Source: Fibrobacterales bacterium (lineage in GTDB: Bacteria; Fibrobacterota; Fibrobacteria; Fibrobacterales; JAOPTW01). From it: a stretch of 43,041 nucleotides of DNA. The translations under genes were made by a program, and so were the position numbers. Shown here piece by piece: positions 17,442 to 27,691 of the stretch; within the stretch, counting starts at the first letter, position 1, and each line of letters starts with the position of its first letter. The stretch covers positions 1 through 43,041 of the forward strand of contig JAOPTX010000006.1 in assembly GCA_051532055.1 (NCBI GenBank). The letters run 5' to 3'. The notes below the pieces were generated by a model that saw only the letters and a list, made by a program, of their open reading frames with translations, did no database searches and was not told the DNA's origin.

Positions 17442-19097
17442 CTAGTTAATGTAGAATACAATCTTTTGAGTTTCAGCTTCATTACCTGACATATCAACCA
17501 ACCCTTCAACCAATAGAGTGTCGATTATCGATGATAAAGAGTCTGGAATAGTTGCATCAGTATTAGGGGGAAGAGCTACGGTGATATAGAGGTCGTTACT
17601 ATAACTTCCAATCCATTCATAGCTCAATTCAAAAACATCGTGATTCATTAAGCTCAATAGGATAGTGGCCGTTGTATCAACGTCAGCTGTTGATCGATAC
17701 GAGCGGGTTTGAAGTGTGTCGGTAGTAACGCTATCACTATGGTCGAGATTGTAGTTATAGAGGTTGAAGCCACTGCTCGTACTGAGAGTCGGGCCAACAA
17801 CATCACTTAATGTTATAGTCTGCGCCTCTGAGAATTCTGATTGTTTAGTGTCAGTATATCCAACAACCATGAATTCATTTGTAGTGGCATCTTCAAAGCT
17901 TACATTTGAAACGGTTGCAGCAGTATCATTGATAACGCTACGATACGAGACGAGAGTAAAATTGTCTTCAAGGCTGCTTTTTTTATAGATGTCATATCCT
18001 GTTACGCCAGCAATACTATTCCATGTAAGTTCAATGTCATCAGTATAGTAGTCAACAAGAGTATCAGAGCCATTATAAGCCATTAATCCTGTTACATTTC
18101 CTGGTGTTGTGAGGTTTTCAACTTTAAAGTTAAGCGATGTACTCAGTGAACGACCATAGATGCTCGAAAGATTGAGGTTGAGAGTATAGGTTCCTACTTC
18201 GCCCCAGTTTCCTTGGATTGCATACACATATATCGAACGGTTATCTTCAGAAAATGAGTAGTCTGCAGCAATAGTAGCACTTCCCGATGAAACTGTAATG
18301 TGATTACGTTTGATCTTGGTGATGTCGATAATATCTGAGAAATTTACTGAGATGGTGTCGTTTGCTTTGATGTCTGAGTTATAGCTGTCGACAGACAAGC
18401 TATTTGCTTCAATCGAGAGTGTGACAGGAAGTACTTTTACTGATTCGTTAGGCTTAAGGTTGCTCTGCGGTGCAGGGGTAGCAGCAGCGTATTTGAATTC
18501 ACCAATTTCTAGAGTACGTGTAGATATTTCATAGGTCTCTACGCGCTCTGGAAGGTTGGTAAAGGTATAAATACCATTTGTGTCAGTTGTAGTAGAGTAA
18601 TACTTCTCTCTGAAATCACTGCTTTCAGGAAGTTGTAAATCAACAGTAACACCGTTTGCAAGTGCTTTGTTCGCGTCAATGTCTGTGATTTTTACAACAC
18701 CAGAAATAGTTGCAGTAAGGGTATGGAGGTAACAAGTCTTATCGACGTCAGGAAGGACAGGGATTTCTGCATCGCCAAGTGAACTGAGTCCATCGATAGT
18801 GATCTCCATTGCTGCATAACTCGCTTTCTCAAGAGTGAGGGCATAGGTGCCACGAGGAAGGTCTGCAATAGTCATACTTCCGAGTGAATCGGTGTAGGCA
18901 GAGGTTTGTACGCCATCGATATACCATGAGACTTTGGCTGAGTCAATAGGTGTGTTAGTACCAATCTCTTTGACGATAAGGTCAATAGAACCGGTAGTTT
19001 TTGATGATTCATATCCTTGCATAGCGACTTGATCGCCACAGGCAAGAATGAGGAAAGTGGCAACGATAAGTGCCATGAGTGAAGAAAGCTGTTTCAT
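17442..19097 (-). CDS. Surface lipoprotein with carboxypeptidase-regulatory-like, Big_5-like and FN3-like domains (short paralog)
   Basis: Start MKQLSS with AGGAG SD, lipobox ILAC; TDSLG..LPRGTY, TDTNGIYTFTNLP, ELTWNSIAGVTGYDIY, GLVDMSGN. Confidence 0.75.
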   Translation of the reverse strand: MKQLSSLMALIVATFLILACGDQVAMQGYESSKTTGSIDLIVKEIGTNTPIDSAKVSWYIDGVQTSAYTDSLGSMTIADLPRGTYALTLEKASYAAMEITIDGLSSLGDAEIPVLPDVDKTCYLHTLTATISGVVKITDIDANKALANGVTVDLQLPESSDFREKYYSTTTDTNGIYTFTNLPERVETYEISTRTLEIGEFKYAAATPAPQSNLKPNESVKVLPVTLSIEANSLSVDSYNSDIKANDTISVNFSDIIDITKIKRNHITVSSGSATIAADYSFSEDNRSIYVYAIQGNWGEVGTYTLNLNLSSIYGRSLSTSLNFKVENLTTPGNVTGLMAYNGSDTLVDYYTDDIELTWNSIAGVTGYDIYKKSSLEDNFTLVSYRSVINDTAATVSNVSFEDATTNEFMVVGYTDTKQSEFSEAQTITLSDVVGPTLSTSSGFNLYNYNLDHSDSVTTDTLQTRSYRSTADVDTTATILLSLMNHDVFELSYEWIGSYSNDLYITVALPPNTDATIPDSLSSIIDTLLVEGLVDMSGNEAETQKIVFYIN

Positions 19098-19167
19098 GTG
19101 AGCTCCTGTAAAAGTGTTGTTTAAATTTTTGTTTTTAGTTGTATAAGTCATATTTCAATCTCCTAGT

Positions 19168-22053
19168 TTACGAGCCTATTGATAGTGGCACGACAATTGA
19201 ATCTGAAGTATTTCCAGCGAAATCTATGAGGCCCTTAATTACAAGAGTGTCTTGTGTGATAAGATGTGCATCAGCTCCTGCTTCAACGACATAATCCAAA
19301 AGTATTCGATTTGTCGAATAAGGGGAAACATTTACAGAGAGTAAACCAGGGTTTGACTTCAAATAAGCGGTTGTAAGGGCGTTATTCATATCGTTTGAGT
19401 GTGTTAAGTATTGTGAAAATGCTATGGCCTCTGGGTTTCCTGTGTTGTTAATTCGTGCACCTGATATACTAGAAGATATAGTAGTACTTATTGCTGGAGC
19501 GATTGTGTCTTTTAAAATAAGAGTTGGCGCTCTGTCAAGAGAAGACTCTTCTCCTTTATAAGTAGTCGTAACTTTGACTTCTGTGATTTTCTGATCGGTA
19601 AAATCATAACATGAACTTTCGATTTCAAAATAACCAGATTCGATTGTGATATCTGTACATAGAGCAAATGAACTAGAGGGACTTACTTTTGTGTAAAAGT
19701 TGTAGCTCGTTACTGATGGGATTTCGTTCACGTAAATTCTAACATCCGGTACATTTGCTGCGATATCTGTTGACGTCCAGATAGAATCGAGGTCCAGCCC
19801 TGTAAAACTCACCGGTATAGAATGTGCTAAAATTGAACTATTGCCTGAAGCATCAGTGAGTCCCGTCAGTGAAACTACATCACTAGTAATAGCAGATGCA
19901 TTTTGGCCTGCTTTAATACTTACTGATACGCGAAGTCTATAGGCGCTGTACCATTCGGTAGTGACGCTTAATATTGCGGGGTTATTTGTTACGACGACAG
20001 TTGGAGTAGTAGTTGTATCTATATCATTTGAGACAGACAACAGAATTGAGCCAACGAGTGTATCATTCGAAGATCCATTAATGAGGCTACCAATAACAGG
20101 TATTGGACTATTGCTCGACGTTACTCGAGGTGCAACCGTATCTCGCAAAACCAATTCAGGAGTATTGTCTATTCCAGAGAGTTGACCATCCATTTCACTT
20201 AATATTTTAAATGAGTATGAACCACCATTGCGGAAATCAAGATCATAATTGTAGGAGTCATAATAGCTGCTTCTTGAGGTAAGATATTGGTACGTTGAAT
20301 CAAGAGGTGTTTTAACCCATATTTGATATGCATCTACAACAGGTACTTCACTCCACTCGAGTCGCACTGTTTGGTCGTGATCGATAACCGATCCAGAATA
20401 GGTATAAAGCGTATCAACACTAATGTCATTAAACTCAATTTTTTTAACTTGAAGTTCAGGGAGTGCGTTGCCCGCTAAGTCAGTCAAGCCAAAGAGTGTA
20501 AGCGTGTCCTCAGCAAGGAGCGATGCATCTTTTCCAGCGGGAATATCGAGAGAAACGATAAGGTACTTATTACTCGACCATTCGAAAGAAGGAACAAAGA
20601 TATCGCCATTTCTCAATACGTTGAGGCTAGGAGTCTTTGTTGTATCAATATCACCCGAAATGTAAATACTTTCTGTCAAAACATTTTTTGCAGTATCTGC
20701 AGTGCTGTTGTTGAGGTCAGTATAGATTACAAGTGGAATGGTATCAATTTTAGGTGCGATAACATCTTTTACACTAAAAATGGGAGCTTCTTCAAAAGTT
20801 GATGTACCATTTGATGTGTAGCTCACAATCATAAATTGATTTGACTTACCTTCGCTCAACTCGAGTGAGAGAGAGGCCATTGTGTCGAGTTCGCCAGAAA
20901 TTGTGTTCACCTTGCTAAAAAGACTGTCGTGACTTGTTTTAGCATAAATATCGTAACCCGCTGCATTAGGCACGTGGTCCCAAGTTGCTTGCAGGTACCG
21001 AGTGTCATAGTCTACAGAATCAATCAATGTATCAGGAGTAAAGCCAATAACCGTTGCGGGCTGAGCTATATCTGCTACAGTAAACAGCACTGATGTGTTA
21101 ATTGAGCCACCATCGATACTTTCAAGTGAAACACGAAGAGTGTAGTTTCCTGTTTCGCCCCAAGTGCCTTGGGTTGGTGTAATAGTCAGTTGCTTTGTTC
21201 CTACCGTGAATAGGTAGTTTATCGCTATAGCTGTACCTTGGCCAGAAACAGTGATATCCCCTCTATTGATGCGAGTTGTATCGATATCTTGAGAGAAGAC
21301 AATTGCTACAGACTCTGTAGAATAAATCTCTTTGGGTGCAATGTCAATGGTTACGTTAGGGATAGCTACAGGTAAAACTGCTGGTGGTATTGAAACTGAT
21401 TCGGCAGATTTTAGATTGTATTGCCTAGGGAGTTCCAGGGAGGCGTATTCGATGGCTCCTTTTTCGAAATTACGAGTAGTGAGGTTGTAGCGTTCGATTC
21501 CTTCAGGAATATCAGTAAAGGAATAGACCCCAAATGAGTCGGTAACCGTTTCAAAGTTCTTGGTTACGATGCCATTGGTTCCAGTGAGCTCTAAGTCGAC
21601 TGTTATTCCAGGTGTAGGAGTCTTATTTCCTTCGTGATCCTCCATCTTGAGAATACCACTAATTGTTGCACTATTTTTATGCATCAATATCATTGCGTCG
21701 TAGTCTCCGAGAATAGGCATTCTGTTTGAGCCAGTCGAAGTGAGGTTGATATCATCGCGGTACATGGCGGCATAGCCAGCTTTCTCGATGTTGATTGCAT
21801 AAATACCTCGAGGGAGGTCGCTAATAGTAATGTGTCCAAGTGAATCAGACCATTCAATGTAGGTTATATCATCAACAACCCAGGTGACTTTGGCTGAGTC
21901 TATGCTGGTGCGTGTGGTGAAATCTTTGAGGGTAAGATCCACCGAACCCGTTGTTTTTGATTCAGTAAACTCCTGCGAAATTGTAGAGTCGGTACAAGAG
22001 AGAGTACCGGCAATAAAACAAAAAAGCAAGAGCAACAGTGAGATAATTCTCAT
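19168..22053 (-). CDS. Surface lipoprotein, long paralog with three tandem FN3-like plus Ig-like units
   Basis: Lipobox LSC, AGGAG SD. N-half is colinear with the 17442 gene (ESKTTGS.DL..K...IDSAKV.W). Three units end GLTDLAGN, GLTDASGN, GLIDFAGN. Confidence 0.75.
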   Translation of the reverse strand: MRIISLLLLLFCFIAGTLSCTDSTISQEFTESKTTGSVDLTLKDFTTRTSIDSAKVTWVVDDITYIEWSDSLGHITISDLPRGIYAINIEKAGYAAMYRDDINLTSTGSNRMPILGDYDAMILMHKNSATISGILKMEDHEGNKTPTPGITVDLELTGTNGIVTKNFETVTDSFGVYSFTDIPEGIERYNLTTRNFEKGAIEYASLELPRQYNLKSAESVSIPPAVLPVAIPNVTIDIAPKEIYSTESVAIVFSQDIDTTRINRGDITVSGQGTAIAINYLFTVGTKQLTITPTQGTWGETGNYTLRVSLESIDGGSINTSVLFTVADIAQPATVIGFTPDTLIDSVDYDTRYLQATWDHVPNAAGYDIYAKTSHDSLFSKVNTISGELDTMASLSLELSEGKSNQFMIVSYTSNGTSTFEEAPIFSVKDVIAPKIDTIPLVIYTDLNNSTADTAKNVLTESIYISGDIDTTKTPSLNVLRNGDIFVPSFEWSSNKYLIVSLDIPAGKDASLLAEDTLTLFGLTDLAGNALPELQVKKIEFNDISVDTLYTYSGSVIDHDQTVRLEWSEVPVVDAYQIWVKTPLDSTYQYLTSRSSYYDSYNYDLDFRNGGSYSFKILSEMDGQLSGIDNTPELVLRDTVAPRVTSSNSPIPVIGSLINGSSNDTLVGSILLSVSNDIDTTTTPTVVVTNNPAILSVTTEWYSAYRLRVSVSIKAGQNASAITSDVVSLTGLTDASGNSSILAHSIPVSFTGLDLDSIWTSTDIAANVPDVRIYVNEIPSVTSYNFYTKVSPSSSFALCTDITIESGYFEIESSCYDFTDQKITEVKVTTTYKGEESSLDRAPTLILKDTIAPAISTTISSSISGARINNTGNPEAIAFSQYLTHSNDMNNALTTAYLKSNPGLLSVNVSPYSTNRILLDYVVEAGADAHLITQDTLVIKGLIDFAGNTSDSIVVPLSIGS

Positions 22054-22260
22054 AGGTACTCCTTGTAATAAAGTTAATTAGCTGTTAAACAACCTAACTT
22101 AAAGTGGTTTTAGTGTAATGGGGGCGTAAGAGTGTTATGTATGTATGATGTATAAATGACAAGCCCTCCCCCGTGGGCAAAGGTAGTAACTTGGGGGGTA
22201 TTCTCAATAAACTGTGGAATGTAACCCGACAATTTTCATTACTAAAAGTAACGGTGGGAC

Positions 22261-22288
22261 AAAAACTACCTGAATTCAGGTAGTTTTT
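22261..22288 (-). terminator. Rho-independent terminator after priA
   Basis: Perfect 28-bp palindrome AAAAACTACCTGAATTCAGGTAGTTTTT, 20 nt past the priA stop. Confidence 0.85.
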
Positions 22289-22307
22289 TAGAAATGTAAA
22301 CGTTGTC

Positions 22308-24347
22308 TTATAGAGTATTTTGTGGGTCGATGTCGACCTTGATAGAAACGCTTCTTTGAGAGGCTATGGTGCTTTGAGAAATCGCTGAGTTTATGAGCCA
22401 GCGCATCTGATTGAGAGCAGGTGCTTTGATTAATATTTTCATACGATATTGACGTTTTACTACTGCGACTGATGCTTCAACTGGTCCCAGTACTTGTGCT
22501 TCTATTTGGGCTGCGCCGCTTTTTAACAGTGCGCACAGCCTATTTGCTGCTTCGCGAACTTCTTTGGCTTGTTTGCCAGTGATTTCAATACCTGCAATTT
22601 TTGAAAAGGGCGGGTAGTTGAGACCTCCTCGCTCACTGAGTTCTGATGATGCAAATTGTGCATAGTCTTGTGAAATAGCGTATTGAATGACACGGTCATC
22701 AGGGTTGTACGTTTGCAAAAATACTCGTCCAGCACCGGATGAACGACCAGCTCTCCCTGAAACTTGGGTAATGAGTTGAAACATTCGCTCGCTGGTTCTA
22801 AAGTCAGGTATGTTGAGCCCTGAATCAGCAGAAAGGATTGCGACCATCTCTACATTTGGGAAGTCATGGCCTTTTGCTACCATCTGTGTTCCAAGGAGGA
22901 TGTTATGTTCACCTGCACGAAAGCTATCCAGTATTTTTTCACTCGCCCCCTTACGTGACGTAGTGTCACGATCCATGCGCACTATTTTTGCTTCGGGAAC
23001 CCAGCTTTTAATTTCCTCTTCTGCTTTCTCAATGGCAGAACCTGCATAGATAAACTCGCTATTACCACACTCACAAGGAGATTCTGTGGGGTAGCAGCGA
23101 CTGCAGTAATGACAGAGCATAGTGTTGGTCTTTTTGTGATATATGAGGGGGATATCACAGTCTTGGCAAGAATGGGTTGTACCGCATTCACTACACAGCC
23201 TTGAGGTGTGGTAGCCTCGGCGATTGTGAAGAATGATAACTTGTTCACCTTTGGCAATCGACTCTACGAGGGCCTCTCGGAGTGGTATCGAAAGTACTTT
23301 GTCTCCTTGGAGGTGACGCTGTTTTTTCATGTCAACAACAGCGACTTTCGGGAGTTCTTGTTTGTGAACTCGTTGATTTAACTCAAAAAGGGAGTATAGC
23401 CCTTTGCTGGCATTGTGATAGCTTTCGAGTGCAGGGGTTGCGGAGCCAAGTATAACGGGAAATTGTTCGCTATGGGCTCGGTAGAGCGCAATATCTCGAG
23501 CATGGTAACGGGGTGAAGGATCTTGCTGCTTAAATGATCCATCGTGTTCTTCATCTATTATAATGAGACCGATATTGGTAAGAGGGGTGAGCGTTGCTGA
23601 GCGAGTCCCCATGACAATTCTCGACTCGCCGCGCAATATTCTAAGCCAACTCTCTCTTTTTTGTTTGTCGCCAAGGTTTGAATGGATAAGATCTATGGGC
23701 TCGGAGAAAAACTGAGTAAATACCCTGAACGTTTGAGGGGTTAATGAGATTTCTGGAACCAGTATCAGGACATTTTTACCTAAATTGAGCACTTCTTGAG
23801 CGATCTCCATATAGACACGGCTTTTTCCACTTCCAGTCACACCTTTTATAAGGTTGCAACTATATCCCTGTTTTTGTACTGTAGGGACAAGGCGTTCAAC
23901 AACACTCTGTTGTTCAGTGGTGAGCGAGGGGAGAGAGGGCTTTTCCGTTGTAAGGTCAAGTATCTCACTGGAACTCGCTGTGTTTTTGTTACTCGCTTGA
24001 TTCATTTTACTGAGGTACTTGTCGAGTGCTGTGGGCCAAAATACCTGGAGTGTTTTATTGATTGGAGTAAGATTGTTGAGTGCTGTTTTTTCTAACAGCT
24101 CCATATACTCTTGGGGAAAAATGTACCGACTCGAGTGAGGGGTACACTCTTTTACATCAAAATCTGGGGTGTCAGTGTGGATTGAAAGGATTGCTCCAAG
24201 CTTTGTGCTGTTGCGAAGCTCAATTTGAACGACGCTTCCTTGTGAAAGAACGGAGAGATATTCGCCTGAAATTCCATAGGTAAGGGCTTCCGGTAAGCCT
24301 CCGGGGATGGCAATTTCGGCAAAATGTGAAAAGGGTGGTGTCGTCAC
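22308..24347 (-). CDS. priA: Primosomal protein N' (replication restart helicase)
   Basis: GVTGSGKS, LVPEISLTPQ, DEEHD, YHARD, GSATP, NRRGY, Cys-rich zinc region, GTQMVAKGHDFP, QVSGRAGR, DIDP. Confidence 0.96.
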   Translation of the reverse strand: MTTPPFSHFAEIAIPGGLPEALTYGISGEYLSVLSQGSVVQIELRNSTKLGAILSIHTDTPDFDVKECTPHSSRYIFPQEYMELLEKTALNNLTPINKTLQVFWPTALDKYLSKMNQASNKNTASSSEILDLTTEKPSLPSLTTEQQSVVERLVPTVQKQGYSCNLIKGVTGSGKSRVYMEIAQEVLNLGKNVLILVPEISLTPQTFRVFTQFFSEPIDLIHSNLGDKQKRESWLRILRGESRIVMGTRSATLTPLTNIGLIIIDEEHDGSFKQQDPSPRYHARDIALYRAHSEQFPVILGSATPALESYHNASKGLYSLFELNQRVHKQELPKVAVVDMKKQRHLQGDKVLSIPLREALVESIAKGEQVIILHNRRGYHTSRLCSECGTTHSCQDCDIPLIYHKKTNTMLCHYCSRCYPTESPCECGNSEFIYAGSAIEKAEEEIKSWVPEAKIVRMDRDTTSRKGASEKILDSFRAGEHNILLGTQMVAKGHDFPNVEMVAILSADSGLNIPDFRTSERMFQLITQVSGRAGRSSGAGRVFLQTYNPDDRVIQYAISQDYAQFASSELSERGGLNYPPFSKIAGIEITGKQAKEVREAANRLCALLKSGAAQIEAQVLGPVEASVAVVKRQYRMKILIKAPALNQMRWLINSAISQSTIASQRSVSIKVDIDPQNTL

Positions 24348-24453
24348 TGGGTCGATGGGCTCAAATTTGATGGTGAATCTTAAAGTTAGAAAAATCCTTC
24401 TATTAATAATATTTATAACCGCTTTTCATTTATTTTTTTTAGATATTTGAAAG

Positions 24454-24630
24454 GTGCCCTTGATATGAGTTTTTTGCCAGGAGAATGTTCAGGTACCGGA
24501 GCGTCACTACAAAAAAGATGTAAGCATAAAATGCCTCTTTTTTTGTGAAAGTTACCTGCTTTTCTGAATATTCCCCATGCACATTCTTATGATCAACAGC
24601 GCACAATAGATGAACCTGAACTTCCTGGAG
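24454..24630 (+). other. Candidate structured RNA (leader or small RNA) upstream of the DUF349 gene
   Basis: Two mutually exclusive long-range pairings identified by eye (see findings). Confidence 0.4.
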
Positions 24631-24637
24631 ATATATT

Positions 24638-27517
24638 ATGGGTATTTTTGATTTAGTAAAACCAAAGTGGCAGCACAGCGATCCAAACGTTAGAATTAGA
24701 GAGATTAAGAACCTTGGAGAAAACAATCAACCGATTATTGATTCGATTGCGCAACGTGATAAAAATGCAGATGTACGCCGCATTGCAATAAAAAAAGTAA
24801 ATAGTTTGGATGTGCTTATTGCAATATCCCAATGTGATACTGAGAATGATCTTCGCCAAATTGCGAAACAACGATTTTCTGAAAGTGTAAATAAAGAACT
24901 TAAGAAAGAAAGTATAGATGTTGCTGCTCTTGAACTATTCAACAAGCTTGAAGACGTTAAATATATAGAAGACGCACTCCAATCAGCTGCAAGCGATGAA
25001 GTACGTTTGGCTGCAGTCGCTAAAGTTGATAAAGAGACAGTGCTTGCGAAAGTGGCTAAGGACGACACTGTTGAAGCGGTTGCTCTTGCTGCTGCCGAGA
25101 AAGTTGCGCGTGTTAATTTGTTAGAAGAGATTCAAAAATATTCACGTCATTCAAAGGTGAGAAGTCTCGTCTCCAAAAAAATATCGAAAATTGAATCGAA
25201 TGATAAAGCTGAGTCACACAATAAGTTTGAGTCGAGAAAACGTGATGTGCTCCTTAAAACATTGACTGATATAGCGGGTTCAGTAAATATCCACGAGCGT
25301 ATTACTGAAGTAGAGAGTATGTATGCCGAAGGAAAAAAGTTAATAACTGAAACAACTCAAGAGTTTACCAGTAAGTTGGAAAAGAGTGTTTCAGAAATTA
25401 AACAAAAAATTTCTGATGCTGAAGCGTCAATTAGAGCAACGCAAGAAGAGCAACAACGTAATTCTGCAATCGCAGAAGAATGTAAGGGTGCGTGTGAAGC
25501 ACTCGAAGAATTACTCAATCTTGGGACTGATGCAATTGCGAGTGAAAAGCTCGATACTCAAAAAAATGCATGGAGTGCTTTGGGCGATAAGTACGGTGAC
25601 ACTGCAGTCTATGTTGAATATACGAACCGTTTTAATAAAACATTACAACGTATAAGCAATATGGTTCAAGAGGTTGAAGAAGAAAAACTAGGTGCTGAGA
25701 AAAAATTAGAGCGTCGTAATGACCTTATAGCGCAACTAGGTTTCTTAAAAGAAGCGGTGGGATCAAAAACTTTTCACAAACAGATTCAATCTATTGATAG
25801 TAGGTGGAAAGCTTTGGGTGAAGCAACTGAAGCTGAGAAAGATCTCGAGAATCAGTATTTCGCTCTAAGAAAAGAGTTAGAGGCAGAGTCTGATAAAAGC
25901 TATGAGGCGCATCGCGAAGTAGTTAAAGAGCGACTTTCTAAGCTTGAAACTATCTGTGTTGATGTTGAAGCACTTGATGAAGATGGTGATTTTACTAAAA
26001 TCATACAGACTCTCCGTGAAAAACAAAATGCTTGGAAAGAGATTGTAGGTGATGATAAATCGCAATTTCAAAAAATATATACTCGATTTCAACAAGCCCT
26101 CGCTCGTTTTAATGAGATGCGTGAGTGGGAACTATGGCATAATGAAAAAGAGAAAAATAAACTCATCGAAGAAGCCCAAACATTAGGCACTATAGAAGAT
26201 GATAAAGAACTCTTTAAAACAATAAATAGTCTGAAACAAAAATGGCGAGGCATAGGTCATGTACCTGCGGCACTTGTTGAAGAGATCTGGCAGCGTTTTA
26301 ATGGGGCTCTTGAGCCGCATATGGAACGGTGTACTGAGTATTTAAAACAACAAGAAGCTGAGTTCGAAGAGAACTATAAAATTAAGCAGCGTATTGTTGA
26401 GTCTATAAAAAGTGCTGTTGCGACCGTTGAAAACTGGAAAGAACAGTCTGATGTGGTTAAAAAATTACAAGAAGAGTGGAAGAATACTGGTTTTGTTGCA
26501 AAAGATAAAGTTAAAGAGCTCCAAGAGCTGTATCGGAAATCATGTGATACTTTTTACGAGAAAAAACGTGAGTTTTTAAAGTCTGAAGATGATAGAAGAT
26601 TGCTCAATCTTGAACAAAAGACTGTACTTTGTGAAGAAGCTGAGGCAATTAAAGACTCTGACCAATGGAAAGAGACCACAGAAAAACTTAAGTCTCTTCA
26701 AACTGATTGGAAAAATATCGGCCCTGTTCCTAAAGAGCACTCTGATCCAATCTGGGCTCGCTTTAGAAAAGCGTGTGATGGCTTTTTCGAGAATAAACGC
26801 ACTCACTATGAGAAAATTGAAGAGGGTCGTGTAGAGAATCTTCAAAAGAAAGTAGCACTCTGTGAGCGTCTTGAAAATGAGAATTTAGATCCTTCAAGTG
26901 AGCAGGATAGAGAGTCTTTTGAGGCAATTCGCAAAGAGTGGGAAACGGTAGGTCATGTACCTAAAGATGATTCAGATGCAGTATTTGAACGATTTATTAA
27001 AAACTGTGATGAATACCTTGAACGTCAGATGGAAGTTGATCCAGAGGTGAAAGCTGATGTAGAGACCAAAAAAGTACGAAAACGTGCCCTTATTAATAAA
27101 GCACAAGAGTTATCTGAATCTTCTGATTGGAAAGAGACTTCTGAACAGTTGAAAGAGCTTCAGACTGAGTGGCGCAAAATTGGCCGTGTTGGCACTGAAG
27201 ATCCAGAGCTTTGGAAAGAGTTTCGAGTACACTGCGACGAGTTCTTTACCCGCAAACGTGATACGTATGAAATTCTTCAACAGAATAGAATCAATAATTT
27301 AGAAGGTAAGTTAACTCTTTGTGAGCAGGCTGAACGCCTTGCAGAGCGTGAATATGATGAAGAAATTGTTCGCGAAGCAAAACTTCTTCGTGATCGCTGG
27401 AAAGAGATTGGTGCGGTTCCCCGGAAAGATTCAGACAATATCTGGAAACGATTCAATGCTGCATGCGATAAAGTATTTGAAAAGAGAAAACTCGCACGAG
27501 AAACCGAAGAAGCGTGA
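24638..27517 (+). CDS. DUF349 domain-containing protein with N-terminal HEAT-like repeats
   Basis: KPKWQHSDPNVR start; repeated LQ.EWK.IG.VP.....IW.RF...CD.FF units; coiled-coil rich; GGAG SD. Confidence 0.88.
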   Translation: MGIFDLVKPKWQHSDPNVRIREIKNLGENNQPIIDSIAQRDKNADVRRIAIKKVNSLDVLIAISQCDTENDLRQIAKQRFSESVNKELKKESIDVAALELFNKLEDVKYIEDALQSAASDEVRLAAVAKVDKETVLAKVAKDDTVEAVALAAAEKVARVNLLEEIQKYSRHSKVRSLVSKKISKIESNDKAESHNKFESRKRDVLLKTLTDIAGSVNIHERITEVESMYAEGKKLITETTQEFTSKLEKSVSEIKQKISDAEASIRATQEEQQRNSAIAEECKGACEALEELLNLGTDAIASEKLDTQKNAWSALGDKYGDTAVYVEYTNRFNKTLQRISNMVQEVEEEKLGAEKKLERRNDLIAQLGFLKEAVGSKTFHKQIQSIDSRWKALGEATEAEKDLENQYFALRKELEAESDKSYEAHREVVKERLSKLETICVDVEALDEDGDFTKIIQTLREKQNAWKEIVGDDKSQFQKIYTRFQQALARFNEMREWELWHNEKEKNKLIEEAQTLGTIEDDKELFKTINSLKQKWRGIGHVPAALVEEIWQRFNGALEPHMERCTEYLKQQEAEFEENYKIKQRIVESIKSAVATVENWKEQSDVVKKLQEEWKNTGFVAKDKVKELQELYRKSCDTFYEKKREFLKSEDDRRLLNLEQKTVLCEEAEAIKDSDQWKETTEKLKSLQTDWKNIGPVPKEHSDPIWARFRKACDGFFENKRTHYEKIEEGRVENLQKKVALCERLENENLDPSSEQDRESFEAIRKEWETVGHVPKDDSDAVFERFIKNCDEYLERQMEVDPEVKADVETKKVRKRALINKAQELSESSDWKETSEQLKELQTEWRKIGRVGTEDPELWKEFRVHCDEFFTRKRDTYEILQQNRINNLEGKLTLCEQAERLAEREYDEEIVREAKLLRDRWKEIGAVPRKDSDNIWKRFNAACDKVFEKRKLARETEEA

Positions 27518-27551
27518 TGCTTATCACACAATCCTAGTGTAACTTTTTTTT

Positions 27552-27585
27552 AACGGCTATTGGGTAATTCCAATAGCCGTTTTTT
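27552..27585 (+). terminator. Rho-independent terminator after the DUF349 gene
   Basis: AACGGCTATTGG-GTAATT-CCAATAGCCGTT followed by a T run. Confidence 0.88.
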
Positions 27586-27691
27586 ATTATCTTGTCTCCA
27601 CTTAATCTTTTTAGAATATTCGGTAACATTTTTGCCGTGTAATTCGTTTAAGATGCATAGCTTATTACACTATAGTGGTATCAAAGGTGAT

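Noticed and set aside
22160..22200. GC-rich patch containing GGCAAA, reminiscent of a c-di-GMP-I riboswitch
   Set aside because: The rest of the GEMM motif is missing and it is on the opposite strand to the downstream gene.
24439..24726. 95-aa minus-strand ORF overlapping the DUF349 start
   Set aside because: Antisense shadow ORF with atypical composition.
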